64,000 bases of DNA from an uncultured Gemmatimonadales bacterium (GCA_963728915.1 CAVSLV010000001.1:1312001-1376000), one strand, 5' to 3'; counted from the first letter of the stretch, positions 1-9,670 are shown. Numbers and translations: made by a program. The notes: generated from the sequence alone by a model not told the origin.

Positions 1-93
1 GTGCAGGTCGAGGTAGCGCTGGCTCAGCCCCCAGCCGCACAGCACCCCGGCGACCGTCGCGACCGAGAACACCATCCAGCGAAGCGGTTTCAG
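1..93 (-). CDS. Partial small membrane-anchored hypothetical protein downstream of recR; runs off the window
   Basis: Open frame (L)KPLRWMVFSVATVAGVLCGWGLSQRYLDLH with a hydrophobic helix. AGGAGG precedes a CTG overlapping the recR stop; ATG at 75 is an alternative start. Confidence 0.5.
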   Translation of the reverse strand, partial: MKPLRWMVFSVATVAGVLCGWGLSQRYLDLH

Positions 94-686
94 GAAACCT
101 CCTGCCGCGCCGCGAGCGCGTGACTCAGGGTGACGCCGTCCACATAGTCGAGATCGCCTCCAACCGGGAGGCCCCGGGCCAGTCGAGTGACCCGAACCCC
201 CATCCCTTCCAGCAGATGCTGAATGTAGGTGGCCGTTGCTTCGCCCTCCAGAGAGGGGTTGGTCGCCAGAATGACCTCCCGGATCTCTCCCCCGGAAACC
301 CGTTGCCGGAGGAGGCCCATCCTGAGCTGGTCCGGTCCGATTCCCGAGAGGGGGGACAGCCGGCCTCCCAGCACCAGGTAGCGGCCCCGGAAACCGCCCC
401 CGGTGGCCCGCTCCAGCGCCATCACGGTCGAGGCCTCCTCCACCACGCACAGCACGGTCTGGTCCCGCCGCGGATCGGTACAGATCGCGCAGCGGTCCTC
501 CTCGGTAAAGTTGCCGCACTCGGGACAGCCGTGCACCCGGGCCGCAACTCGTTGCAGCGCCGCGGCCAGGCGCTCGGCCTGATCCCGGGACTGCTGCAAC
601 AGATGAAAGGTGAGTCGCTGCGCCGTCTTGGGACCGACCCCGGGCAGGCGGGCGAGCTCGTTCACGAGCTCGTCGATCGCGCCCAC
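90..686 (-). CDS. recR: Recombination mediator RecR
   Basis: LPGVGPKTAQRL HhH, C4 zinc finger, Toprim motif EVILATNPSLEGEATA, GLPVGGDL. Confidence 0.97.
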   Translation of the reverse strand: MGAIDELVNELARLPGVGPKTAQRLTFHLLQQSRDQAERLAAALQRVAARVHGCPECGNFTEEDRCAICTDPRRDQTVLCVVEEASTVMALERATGGGFRGRYLVLGGRLSPLSGIGPDQLRMGLLRQRVSGGEIREVILATNPSLEGEATATYIQHLLEGMGVRVTRLARGLPVGGDLDYVDGVTLSHALAARQEVS

Positions 687-691
687 GGCGT

Positions 692-1003
692 TCAGAACGG
701 GGACAGCGGGTTGGGGACCGGCGTGAGCTTCCGGATTTCTGCCTGCACCAGATCGGCCGCGCGCCGCTGTGCTTCGGCGATCGCTCCCACCACCAGATCG
801 GCCAGCAGCTCGGCGTCCCGGCCCTCGAAGGCCGCCGGGTCGATGGTGAGGCCCCGGACCAGGCCGCGGCCATCCACCCTAACCCGCACCATTCCGCCCC
901 CCGCACTGGTCTCGATGATCCGATCGGCCAGCTCCGACTGGAGCTGCTGCAATCGCCCCTGGACCTGCTGGCCAAGCTGAAACAGGTGCTGAAAATCCGC
1001 CAT
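692..1003 (-). CDS. ybaB: YbaB/EbfC nucleoid-associated protein
   Basis: SAGGGMVRVRVDG motif; canonical position between dnaX and recR. Confidence 0.93.
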   Translation of the reverse strand: MADFQHLFQLGQQVQGRLQQLQSELADRIIETSAGGGMVRVRVDGRGLVRGLTIDPAAFEGRDAELLADLVVGAIAEAQRRAADLVQAEIRKLTPVPNPLSPF

Positions 1004-1037
1004 GATGCTCCTTCGATTCCGGCCGCCCTGCCCCGCC

Positions 1038-2651
1038 CTACGAAGGGCCGGGGGAGCGGGGCAGCCGGTCGTCGACGATTTCCAAATCTAATTCGGTGGC
1101 CGCGACGTCGAGCGCGGGGTCGAGCCGGCGGATTCGCTCCAGCTCCGCGGCTCGCAGGTCCCGGGGGGGAGCGACCACCGAGGCGGCCGGGCTCGCCTGG
1201 ATCTGAATCCTGGGATTGCCGGCGAACCTGCCAGCCAGAATCTCCTGCATCAGCGGGCCGTGCCGCGCGAGGGCGCCCTCGACCAGGAACTCGTGGCCGG
1301 GGGTCGGCTGAATGAGGATCGTCCCGCCGCTCACTGATTGGGGCGTCGCGAGCTCCAGGGCTTCACCCAGCATCCGGCTCCGGTCCCGGGCAAGCCCGAC
1401 GATCTCCGCCCATCCGGTGCTCACCGTTTCGAGGGTCAGAAGCGCCTCACCGGACGGGTTGGGGCTTGAAGCGCGTGCGGCGGGTTTCGCCGGCTTGCCT
1501 GGTGTCTCGATCGGCTCTCGTCCGCTCAGGACCCGCTCGAGGTCGACAATGCGATCCATCACGGTCCAGCGCAGCAGCAGCGTCTCGACGATCAGCCGCG
1601 CGCTCGCCGACCGGCGGATGCCCGCCTCGGCATCGGCCAGAAGCCCGAGCATCCGTACCAGGTCTCCCGCCCCGAGCTTGCCTCGGGCGCTTTCGACCGC
1701 CTGCCGTTGGGTCTCGGTCAGCCCGTCCGGCGCCGCTCCGCTTTCCACCATCAGCACGGCCCGGAGCAGATCGGCGGTGCCGGTCATGAACTCAGCCAGA
1801 TCGGCCCCGGCACCAACCAGTCGTTCGACCAGGGGAAACACCGCCGCGGTATCCCGTTCGGCGATCGCCCGAAGCACCTCTGCGTACTGCTCGTCATCGA
1901 TCAGCCCCAGCACCTGTCGGACCCCGGCTGCGGTGATCGGTCCCTCCCCGAAGGAGAGCACCTGATCGAGGACCGACAGGGCGTCCCGCATGCCTCCATC
2001 GGCGTAGCGGGCGATCACGGCCAGCGCATCCTCATCGGCCTCCAGCCGTTCCTGGGCAAGGACCTGTTTCAGGCGCTCGCGAATCGCGGCGGGACCGATC
2101 CGCCGAAAATCGAATCGCTGGAGACGGGAAAGAACCGGCGCGGCGGTCGAAGCGATCTTCTGCGGCTCGGTCGTTGCGAACACGAACACCACCCCGGGAG
2201 GCGGCTCTTCGAGCACCTTGAGCAGGGCGTTCCACGCTTCGCGGGTGAGCATGTGAGCTTCGTCGATGATGTAGACCTTGTGACGCCCTTCCTGGGACGC
2301 GGCATACATGGCGCGCTCCCGGAGATCACGGGCATCATCGACCCCGCGATTGCTCGCCGCGTCGATTTCCACCACGTCCAGGGTGGCGGCGCCGCTCCAG
2401 ATTCGCTCGCAGCTCGGCACAGACTCCGCAGGGCTCGCCGGGTTCGGAGCCTGGTCCCGGCGCTCGCAATTCAGCGCCATGGCGAGAATCCGGGCCGCGG
2501 TGGTCTTGCCGGTTCCCCGGGGACCGGTGAGCAGGTACCCATGGCCGACCCGCCCGCGCGCCACCGCTCCGCGCAGCGCGGCAGCGACATGGTCCTGCAC
2601 CAGAAGATCGGAGAACCGGCGAGGCCGGTATTTGCGGGCGAGCGCGATCAC
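1038..2651 (-). CDS. dnaX: DNA polymerase III subunit gamma/tau
   Basis: ALARKYRP, Walker A GPRGTGKTT, EIDAASNRGVDD, IIDEAHML. The Zn-module codons are locally out of frame (see findings). Confidence 0.96.
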   Translation of the reverse strand: MIALARKYRPRRFSDLLVQDHVAAALRGAVARGRVGHGYLLTGPRGTGKTTAARILAMALNCERRDQAPNPASPAESVPSCERIWSGAATLDVVEIDAASNRGVDDARDLRERAMYAASQEGRHKVYIIDEAHMLTREAWNALLKVLEEPPPGVVFVFATTEPQKIASTAAPVLSRLQRFDFRRIGPAAIRERLKQVLAQERLEADEDALAVIARYADGGMRDALSVLDQVLSFGEGPITAAGVRQVLGLIDDEQYAEVLRAIAERDTAAVFPLVERLVGAGADLAEFMTGTADLLRAVLMVESGAAPDGLTETQRQAVESARGKLGAGDLVRMLGLLADAEAGIRRSASARLIVETLLLRWTVMDRIVDLERVLSGREPIETPGKPAKPAARASSPNPSGEALLTLETVSTGWAEIVGLARDRSRMLGEALELATPQSVSGGTILIQPTPGHEFLVEGALARHGPLMQEILAGRFAGNPRIQIQASPAASVVAPPRDLRAAELERIRRLDPALDVAATELDLEIVDDRLPRSPGPS

Positions 2652-2753
2652 GTCAGGCGGTCGGTGAGGTCAGGGGGTCGGTGAGGTTGGGCTGGGAGAC
2701 CGAGCGGGGGCGGCCGACCCCACCGACCTCACCGACCCCACTGACCTCACCGA
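2652..2753. repeat. 9-mer tandem-repeat hairpin (GGTCRGTGR units followed by their complement)
   Basis: G-rich arm ggtcggtgaggtcagggggtcggtgagg and C-rich arm ccgaccccaccgacctcaccgaccccactgacctcaccg. Confidence 0.85.
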
Positions 2754-2754
2754 G

Positions 2755-2857
2755 AATGCCCCAGGCTACCCGAAGCTGCACCGGACATCGCTTAGCGCTG
2801 CTACCGGCAAGGTCCTGACGCGGTTCGCGCGCCGACACCCTTCGGACCTGGGGCGTC
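2755..2857 (-). ncRNA. ffs: Signal recognition particle RNA (4.5S, small bacterial type)
   Basis: Long hairpin GCCCCAGG..CCGAAG / CUUCGG..CCUGGGGC containing the helix-8 motif UCAGGACC-loop-GGUAGCAGC; sits upstream of dnaX; TAGATT -10 just upstream. Confidence 0.9.
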
Positions 2858-2878
2858 CCAATCTAACCGGCCCCAGGA

Positions 2879-3881
2879 TCACGTGGCAGGGCTCCTCGGT
2901 GGCTCGCCGTTCCATCGCGCTCTGCTCGAGCGGAATGTTCGCCGTCGCGGTGCTCCGGGCCAGCCCGCCCCGCTGCACTCGCTGGAGCTCGCGCAGCTCC
3001 CAGGTTTCCGCCACCACGCCGCCGAGCAGGAACACCAGGGCGGAGAAATAGAGCCAGACCACGAAAAGAAGGATGGCTCCGATCGAGGCATCCACCGCCG
3101 CGGCGCCATATCCGGTCGCGCTGCGGAGATAGATCGCATAGAGGCGCTTCGCGATCTCGAAGGCGACCGCCATGAACGACGCCGCAAGGAGGGCAGCCGG
3201 CCGAGTCACCCGCCGGAGGGCCGCGTGCCGGTAGAGCAGGTAGAACAGCGCGATCAGGAATCCAAAGCCGAGAACCTCGCCGGCCCACCCCTCCAGGGTT
3301 CGGATCACCGAGTTGTTTCCCAGCCCGCTGGAGGCGAAGTAATTGCGAAGAAACGCGAAGCCGGACGTCAGCGTGGTATTGGCGAGAAACAGGGTGAGAG
3401 TGAGCAGGACCATCCAGAGGTCGCGCGCCTTGGCGAGCAGAAACCGGATCAGGAAGTGGCCCTTGGGGGGCCGCAGGGCGACATCGAAGATGCTGTTCAG
3501 CGCGGACCGAATGCCCCCGAACAGGCGGGTGCTGAACCAGAGGAACGCGGGAATCGCTACCAGGGAGAGCGAGCGCCCAACCTGGGTGAGGCGCCCCAGG
3601 ATGGCTTCCACCGTGCCGAAGGGGTCCTGCAGGCCGATCGGGTGAGGAGGAAGGAACCGCTCGAACAACGTCGCCGGATCGATGGCCCCGCCTTCCAGCC
3701 ATTGAAGGATCAGGCCCAATCCGGCGAACAGCAGCAGGAGGAGCGGAATGGCGGCGAGCAGCCCGTCGAACGTGAGGGCGCTCGCCAGAAAGGGGATGTT
3801 GTTCTCGTCAGCCGCCTGAAGGACCCGCCAGAAAAATCCCCGGATCGTGCGATACCAGGCCCGGCGAGGTCGCCGGCTCAG
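2879..3881 (-). CDS. YihY/virulence factor BrkB family membrane protein (CTG start; 3' end affected by a probable frameshift)
   Basis: ENNIPFLASALTFD N-terminus, multiple TM helices, WLYFSALVFLLGG. As given, the frame reads on to 2766 through ffs; removing one base near 2889-2891 gives a stop at 2879. Confidence 0.8.
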
Positions 3882-4288
3882 GCGACCGGCTCCTCATCCT
3901 CGGCGGACAAGGCGCGGCGTCGGCGGGCGCGTGCCTCGGCCAGACGCTGTTCGAGTTCTTGCCTGGCCGTGGACACGCTCCGTTTGCGGTCGGGTTCACG
4001 GGCACCGTTCTCAGCCTCCAGCTCTTCTTCTTCCTCGTCCGCCCCTGGACCTCCGGAAGGCAGCTTCTCCTCCCGGGACATCGCGTCCTTGACGTCGCTG
4101 ATCGCCTGATCCGCGGCGTCCCTGAGCTTCTTGAGGCGGCGGCCCACCATCCGCCGGGTGTGGTCGCCCGAGTGGGGAGCAAACAGCAGGGCCAGGCCCG
4201 CGCCGACGGCCCCTCCGATCAGAAACCACATCACCGATGCGCTTCCCTCCCGCTCGACCAGGACGACCGGTTCTTCGTTTCGCTTCAT
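3878..4288 (-). CDS. YtxH domain-containing protein
   Basis: FLIGGAVGAGLALLFAPHSGDHTR motif; AAGGAG upstream of the ATG at 4288. Confidence 0.88.
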   Translation of the reverse strand: MKRNEEPVVLVEREGSASVMWFLIGGAVGAGLALLFAPHSGDHTRRMVGRRLKKLRDAADQAISDVKDAMSREEKLPSGGPGADEEEEELEAENGAREPDRKRSVSTARQELEQRLAEARARRRRALSAEDEEPVA

Positions 4289-4304
4289 GGGTGCATCTCC
4301 TTGT

Positions 4305-5651
4305 TTACTCTCCCGCTTCGGCATCATCGACCGCCCGCCCCTGAGGACGGTGGAGGGCATCCCAGCTCAGGCGGCTGGCTGGAACATATCGCTCCACCAG
4401 CTTGCCGGTATCGGCCACCTTGAGCTGATCGAACAGAAACCCGAAGGTCCGCTCCAGATCCGCCGCGATGGCGGAACGGGTCGCTTCCGGAAGGTCCCAG
4501 CACCGTCGCTTGAATGGGCCGATCGCCTTCTTCCGGGCGCGATAGTAGAACTGTTCCGGCGTGTCTCCCGATTTTCGCTCCCCCGCCGCATTGGCTTCGA
4601 GCCATTGCAGCATCTCGTCGCGAAGATCGGCCGGGAGGCTGGCGTGGTCGAAGATGATGTTCTGGAAATTGGTGGCGAGGTGAATCTCGACGGTTTCGAC
4701 CCGGGGAAAATTGCCGAACGCGTCGGGGGGCAGGGTGCTGGCGCCATGCTGCACCGCCCCGCCTAACCCGTAGGACCGGCGCGCCGCCAGGGATAGCGCC
4801 TCGAGCGCGACCAGGTCGAGCTTGACCTCGGCGATGGATCCATCCGGAAGCACGACCCCGCCATGGGAGGTCCCGGTCTGCACCGAGATCTTGCTCAGCC
4901 CGGGAAGTGCGTCGCCGAGGCGGGAGAGGGAACGGTTGTACCCGTCCATGAACGCGTGGAGCTCTTCCACCGTGCTGTTCTTGGAGCCGACCTCGCCGAT
5001 CTCGCCTCCCACGGAGACCGTGATCCCCGCCGGTTCGATCGAGCGGATGAATGCCGTGATCTCGGCGGCCCGCTCGTAGTTGGTTTGCTGCTGGAGATCC
5101 AGGTTCGGCTGGGAGAGATCGACCAGGGTCGAAGTGTCCACGTCGATATTGAAGAAGCCGGCCCCGATTTCCTCGGCAATGAGCTTCTTGACCTCACCCA
5201 CTTCGCCTTCCGGATCGGTCCCATATTTCTTCGCGTTGACCTGGCAGTGGTCGCCCTGAATGAACACGGGGTGGGGATACCCTTCCCGCAAGGCGGCCGC
5301 GAGGACGACGGCCACATACTCCGCGGGTCGCTGGTCGGTGTAGGCGATTTCCGAACGGGCAATCTCGAGGATGATCGCGCCGGCGCTTCGGGCGCGGGCC
5401 GCCCGAAAAACCGCTCGCGCGGTATCGTAGGCCAGCATCCGGACGTTGATGGCGGGCACGGTGAAGCCACCGCATTCCCCCCGACCCCGGGCGAGGTAGA
5501 GCGCGTGAATCGAGGCCGGTCCAATGCCTGCTTCCAGCGCCAATTCCCAGATCCGCCGACGGGCAAGCTCCCGACTATCCCCATCGCCGAAGACCGCATC
5601 ACGAGCCAACTGGTCAAGAGCGGCGGGCGAGGACCTCAGGTGAGTGGTCAT
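4305..5651 (-). CDS. fba: Class II fructose-bisphosphate aldolase family protein
   Basis: VPAIN, QGDH, GEIGEVG, GTSHGG, VQHGAS metal-binding motifs. Confidence 0.88.
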   Translation of the reverse strand: MTTHLRSSPAALDQLARDAVFGDGDSRELARRRIWELALEAGIGPASIHALYLARGRGECGGFTVPAINVRMLAYDTARAVFRAARARSAGAIILEIARSEIAYTDQRPAEYVAVVLAAALREGYPHPVFIQGDHCQVNAKKYGTDPEGEVGEVKKLIAEEIGAGFFNIDVDTSTLVDLSQPNLDLQQQTNYERAAEITAFIRSIEPAGITVSVGGEIGEVGSKNSTVEELHAFMDGYNRSLSRLGDALPGLSKISVQTGTSHGGVVLPDGSIAEVKLDLVALEALSLAARRSYGLGGAVQHGASTLPPDAFGNFPRVETVEIHLATNFQNIIFDHASLPADLRDEMLQWLEANAAGERKSGDTPEQFYYRARKKAIGPFKRRCWDLPEATRSAIAADLERTFGFLFDQLKVADTGKLVERYVPASRLSWDALHRPQGRAVDDAEAGE

Positions 5652-5699
5652 CAGGATTCCATGTGAGGTAGGACCCGCCCGATATCGCTGGGAAGGGTC

Positions 5700-5728
5700 A
5701 ATCTAGGCCGCTCCTTGGGGGTGGTCAA
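5700..5728 (-). promoter_or_regulatory. Sigma70-type promoter for fba
   Basis: TTGACC-N17-TAGATT on the minus strand. Confidence 0.6.
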
Positions 5729-5763
5729 ACCACCGTCCAACATTGTCACGGTTCGGTAAGCTG

Positions 5764-6057
5764 TTTTCCACATCCATTGGTGATGTGTAAGTCATGTGGA
5801 TCAATGCCGAATAGTCGAGCAGAATTGTTCATAGAGGACGGAGGAAGAATGTTCATGTGCGGCAAGTACTTCCGATCCGGTCAAGGGCCTTCTGCTCATT
5901 TCAACGTGTGGAAAAGTCGGCTAGTTCACAGGATTGTGGACGGCTTTCTGGGAAGGTGGCCTGGAGCGTTTTCAACAGCACTTTAGGAGAGAATCCGCTT
6001 ACTTTGGTCGCATCTTCAACCGAGCCATCATCATTGGCCCACGAACCGCTATCCACA
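5764..6057. promoter_or_regulatory. DnaA-box cluster (candidate oriC or DnaA-titration site)
   Basis: TTTTCCACA at 5764-5772(+) and 5907-5915(-); one-mismatch boxes at 5795-5803(-), 5969-5977(+), 6049-6057(+); locally AT-richer. Confidence 0.6.
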
Positions 6058-7497
6058 ACCAGCCTGACGCGCCGAACCAAAATCGTCGCCACTCTGGGCC
6101 CGGCCTGGGATTCCCAGGATCGCATGAGGACCCTGCTCGACGCCGGCGTCAATGTTGTGCGGATCAACTCCAGTCATGGAACCCAGGAAGTTCGGGCCGG
6201 CTGGATCCGACAGCTCCAGGCCATTCAGTCCGAGCGCCAGACTGCTTTCGCCATTCTCTGCGACCTCCAGGGTCCCCGAATCCGGGTTGGAAAGCTCGAC
6301 CAACCAATGATGCTCACGGCGGGGCAATCGGTCGTCTTCGCACCGGAACGGATGGCCGCCCCAGGCGAAATCCCGACCATGTACGATGGCCTCGCCGGTG
6401 ACGTCAAGCCTGGGAATCGCATTCTTCTGGACGATGGGCTGCTCGCGGTGGAAGTGGCGCGGGTTCAGGGCGATCGGGTCATGGGAAAGGTCCTCTACGG
6501 GGGCACTCTCAATACCAATAAGGGTATCAACCTCCCCGGCATCGAAGTGAGCGCTCCCGCCATCACCGAAAAAGACCGGGAGGACGCCCTCCACGCCGCG
6601 GCTCTCGGGGTCGACTACATCGGAGTGAGCTTCGTCCGGCGCCCGGATGACATCGAGGCGGTGCGCCGGATCGTCCCTGCCCATGTGAAGCTGATCGCGA
6701 AGATCGAGAAGGACACCGCCCTGAGCTATCTCGAAGCCATCGTCGAGGCGGCCGATGCCATCATGGTCGCGCGGGGCGACCTCGGGGTCGAGCTCCCCTT
6801 CGAGCGGGTGCCGCTGGAGCAAAAACGGATCATCCGGACCGCCTCGCGCCATGGGAAGCCCGTCATCACCGCCACACAGATGCTCCAGAGCATGATCTCG
6901 GAGCCCCGGCCCACCCGGGCCGAGGCATCCGACGTGGCCAACGCGATTCTCGACGGTACCGATGCCGTCATGCTCTCGGCGGAAACCGCGGTGGGGAGCT
7001 ACGCGGAGGAGGCGGTGCGCGCGATGGACCGGATTGCCCGGGAAGTCGAGCGCCACCAGCAGAGCGGAGACTGGTCGGACCAGGTCCCCTTCTGGGAAGG
7101 GTCCGGGGTTCGACTGCGGAAGCCCCACGTGACCCGGCGCACCGAAGACGCGATCGCGGTGGCGGTGTGCGCCGCCGCGGACCTGCTTCGAGTTCCCCTG
7201 ATTGTCTGCCTGACCTCGAGCGGGTTCACCGCCCGCACCATTGCCTCCTACCGTCCGGAAGTTCCTATCCTGGCGATGACCCCAGAGCCGATGACCTGCC
7301 GGCAGCTCGCCCTGGTGTGGGGAGTGGTTCCCACGCTCACCGATCACTACCCCACCTATGACGCGATGCTTCCGATCACCCGGGAGACCATCCTCCGGCT
7401 CGGGCTCGCCGCCACGGGAGACCGGGTCGTGGTGACAGCCGGCGTCCCCTTCGACGTCGCCGGAACGACCAACCTGCTCAAGATCGAAGCCGTGTGA
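6004..7497 (+). CDS. pyk: Pyruvate kinase (start uncertain: TTG 6004 or CTG 6064)
   Basis: RRTKIVATLGP, DLQGP, IMVARGDLGVE, ATQMLQSM, PTRAEASDVANAILDGTDAVMLS. Confidence 0.96.
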   Translation: MVASSTEPSSLAHEPLSTTSLTRRTKIVATLGPAWDSQDRMRTLLDAGVNVVRINSSHGTQEVRAGWIRQLQAIQSERQTAFAILCDLQGPRIRVGKLDQPMMLTAGQSVVFAPERMAAPGEIPTMYDGLAGDVKPGNRILLDDGLLAVEVARVQGDRVMGKVLYGGTLNTNKGINLPGIEVSAPAITEKDREDALHAAALGVDYIGVSFVRRPDDIEAVRRIVPAHVKLIAKIEKDTALSYLEAIVEAADAIMVARGDLGVELPFERVPLEQKRIIRTASRHGKPVITATQMLQSMISEPRPTRAEASDVANAILDGTDAVMLSAETAVGSYAEEAVRAMDRIAREVERHQQSGDWSDQVPFWEGSGVRLRKPHVTRRTEDAIAVAVCAAADLLRVPLIVCLTSSGFTARTIASYRPEVPILAMTPEPMTCRQLALVWGVVPTLTDHYPTYDAMLPITRETILRLGLAATGDRVVVTAGVPFDVAGTTNLLKIEAV

Positions 7498-8294
7498 CCC
7501 TGCGGCTCACCCTGCTCGGAACCGGGACCTCCTTCGGAGTTCCCCAGCTTGGTTGCCGGTGCGCGGTTTGTTGCTCGGCCGATCCACGAGACCGGCGCAC
7601 CCGTACCTCCGCCCTCCTCGAGAAACCGGGGGACCCGGCCGTCAGCATCCTCATCGACACTCCGCCTGAGCTTCGCTTGCAGCTCCTCGCGGCGGGAGCG
7701 GGCCGTCTCGATGCCGTGCTCTATACCCACGAGCACGCCGATCATGTCCACGGAATCGATGACCTCCGCGCTTTTTCCGGGTCGGAGGGTCCTCTCCCGC
7801 TCTACGGAAGCGCCGCGACGCTCCGGTTTCTCCGTCAGAGCAATCGCTACATCTTCGATCCCGAGGTCGGGGAGTACGCGGGGACGTCGAAACCCCATCT
7901 CGAACTCCACGAGATCGAGGCCGGGAGGGCCACGGCCATCGGAGGGATTCCGGTGCTTCCTCTGGCCGTGCCTCACGGTCACAGCACGGTGCTGGCATTC
8001 CGGTTCGGCCCGGTGGGGTACGTCACCGATGCCAAGGAGATCGGTCCCCGGGAGCGACAGCAGCTCCAGGGCGTCGAAGTCCTGGTCCTGAACGCCCTCT
8101 GGTGGCATCCGCATCCGACCCATCTCAGTATCCCCGAGGCGATCGAAACCGCCCAGGCCATCGGGGCTCGTCGGACTATTCTCACCCACCTGTCCCACCG
8201 GACCGGGCATGCCGAGCTGGCCGCCCGGCTTCCGCCGGGCATCGAGCCGGGTTACGATGGGCTCATCGTGGAGGTGACCGGTCATGCGGCTTGA
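7494..8294 (+). CDS. MBL-fold metallohydrolase (PhnP-like phosphodiesterase)
   Basis: LGTGTSFGVP-x3-CxCxxC, THEHADHVHG, THLSH, GYDGL. Confidence 0.9.
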   Translation: MTLRLTLLGTGTSFGVPQLGCRCAVCCSADPRDRRTRTSALLEKPGDPAVSILIDTPPELRLQLLAAGAGRLDAVLYTHEHADHVHGIDDLRAFSGSEGPLPLYGSAATLRFLRQSNRYIFDPEVGEYAGTSKPHLELHEIEAGRATAIGGIPVLPLAVPHGHSTVLAFRFGPVGYVTDAKEIGPRERQQLQGVEVLVLNALWWHPHPTHLSIPEAIETAQAIGARRTILTHLSHRTGHAELAARLPPGIEPGYDGLIVEVTGHAA

Positions 8295-9670
8295 CTACAC
8301 CCGAAGCCTTTCGGAAAACCTGGATGGGGAACACGGTCTCCCCCGCTCCCGTCTCGAGGAGCTTCGCCGGCGATTCGCCGAGGTTCGCGGCGAGGTGGCG
8401 GCCCGCCGGCAGAAGGGAGAATACGGCTTCTACGGGTTAGGGCGGCAGGAGGCCACGGTCGCGGGGATCCGGCGATTCGCCGAAGGCGTGGGCCAGGCCT
8501 ACGACCACATTCTGGTGCTGGGGATCGGCGGTTCGGCGTTGGGAACCAAGGCCCTCGTCAATGCCCTCCGGCCCGCCGCCTGGAACGAGCTGAGCGATGA
8601 GGACCGGGAATTCTTTCCGCGAATCACCGTGCTCGAGAATGTCGATCCCGTCTCGATCGGCGCGGCACTCCGGCGGATCGACCCACGCCGGGTTCTGGTC
8701 AACGTCATCAGCAAGTCCGGGGGGACCGCGGAAACCCTGGCTCAGCTTCTCATCGTGCGCCAGTGGCTGGACCAGGCCCTGGGACCCGACGCCGCCAGCC
8801 GGCACCTGGTGATCACCACCGACCCCGAAAAGGGTCCCCTCCGCGAGATGGCCGGACGCGAGGGAATTCCGGCGCTGGAAGTGCCGCCGGAGATCGGGGG
8901 CCGCTTCAGCGTGCTCACGCCGGTCGGGTCTGCTTCCTGCCGCGCTCATCGGGATCGATATCGAGGGTCTCCTGGCCGGCGCCAAGCGTGAAGTCGAAAA
9001 GGCGAGCCGGGAGGACCTCCTCAAGAATCCAGCCGCCCTCTACGCTGCCCTGCTCTGGGGAGCGGATACCTGGCTTGGTGGCCGGATCCACGTCCTCATG
9101 CCCTACTCGGACCGGCTCCGGGAGTTCGCGGCGTGGTTCTGCCAGCTCTGGGCCGAAAGCCTGGGCAAACGAGTGGACCGGCGCGGGGCGGTAGTCCATG
9201 CCGGACCGACCCCGGTGGCGGCGGTCGGGGCGACCGATCAGCACAGCCAGGTGCAGCTCTACATGGAAGGCCCCTACGACAAGGTGGTGACCTTCCTGCG
9301 CATCGAACACCCCGGCGAGGACCTCGCCATTCCCCGCCGGGAAGGGCTCCCGGAGGAGATGGCCTACCTGCCGGGGCACACCATGGGAGAGCTGCTCCAG
9401 GCCGAGCAGGAAGCCACCTCGGCGGCCCTGGCTCGCATGGGACGGATGAACCTCACCCTGTCGCTCCCCTCCCTGTCCGCCGAGGCCATGGGGGAGCTCT
9501 TCATGTTCTTCCAGATCGCCACCGGGTTCGCCGGGGTCTGGTACGGGGTCAACCCGTTCGACCAGCCTGGGGTGGAGCTCGGGAAACGAATCACCTTCGC
9601 CGCTATGGGGCGCCCGGGGTATACCCGGGAGCCCGCTCCGACGGCGGGTCCCCCCGATATCGCCGAGTAG
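8284..9670 (+). CDS. pgi: Glucose-6-phosphate isomerase, split by a +1 frameshift at ~8926-8928 (probably an assembly error)
   Basis: GIGGSALG, SKSGGTAET and GGRFSVL in the first frame; QLWAESLGK, DQHSQVQL and NPFDQPGVELGK in the second; deleting one G of GGG restores PVGLLPAA. Confidence 0.92.

Noticed and set aside
1038..1600. E. coli-type programmed frameshift producing DnaX gamma
   Set aside because: No A-AAA-AAG heptamer or long A-run was seen.
8284..9670. pgi as a pseudogene or programmed frameshift
   Set aside because: One extra G in a short homopolymer, no other decay and no slippery site; error is more likely.
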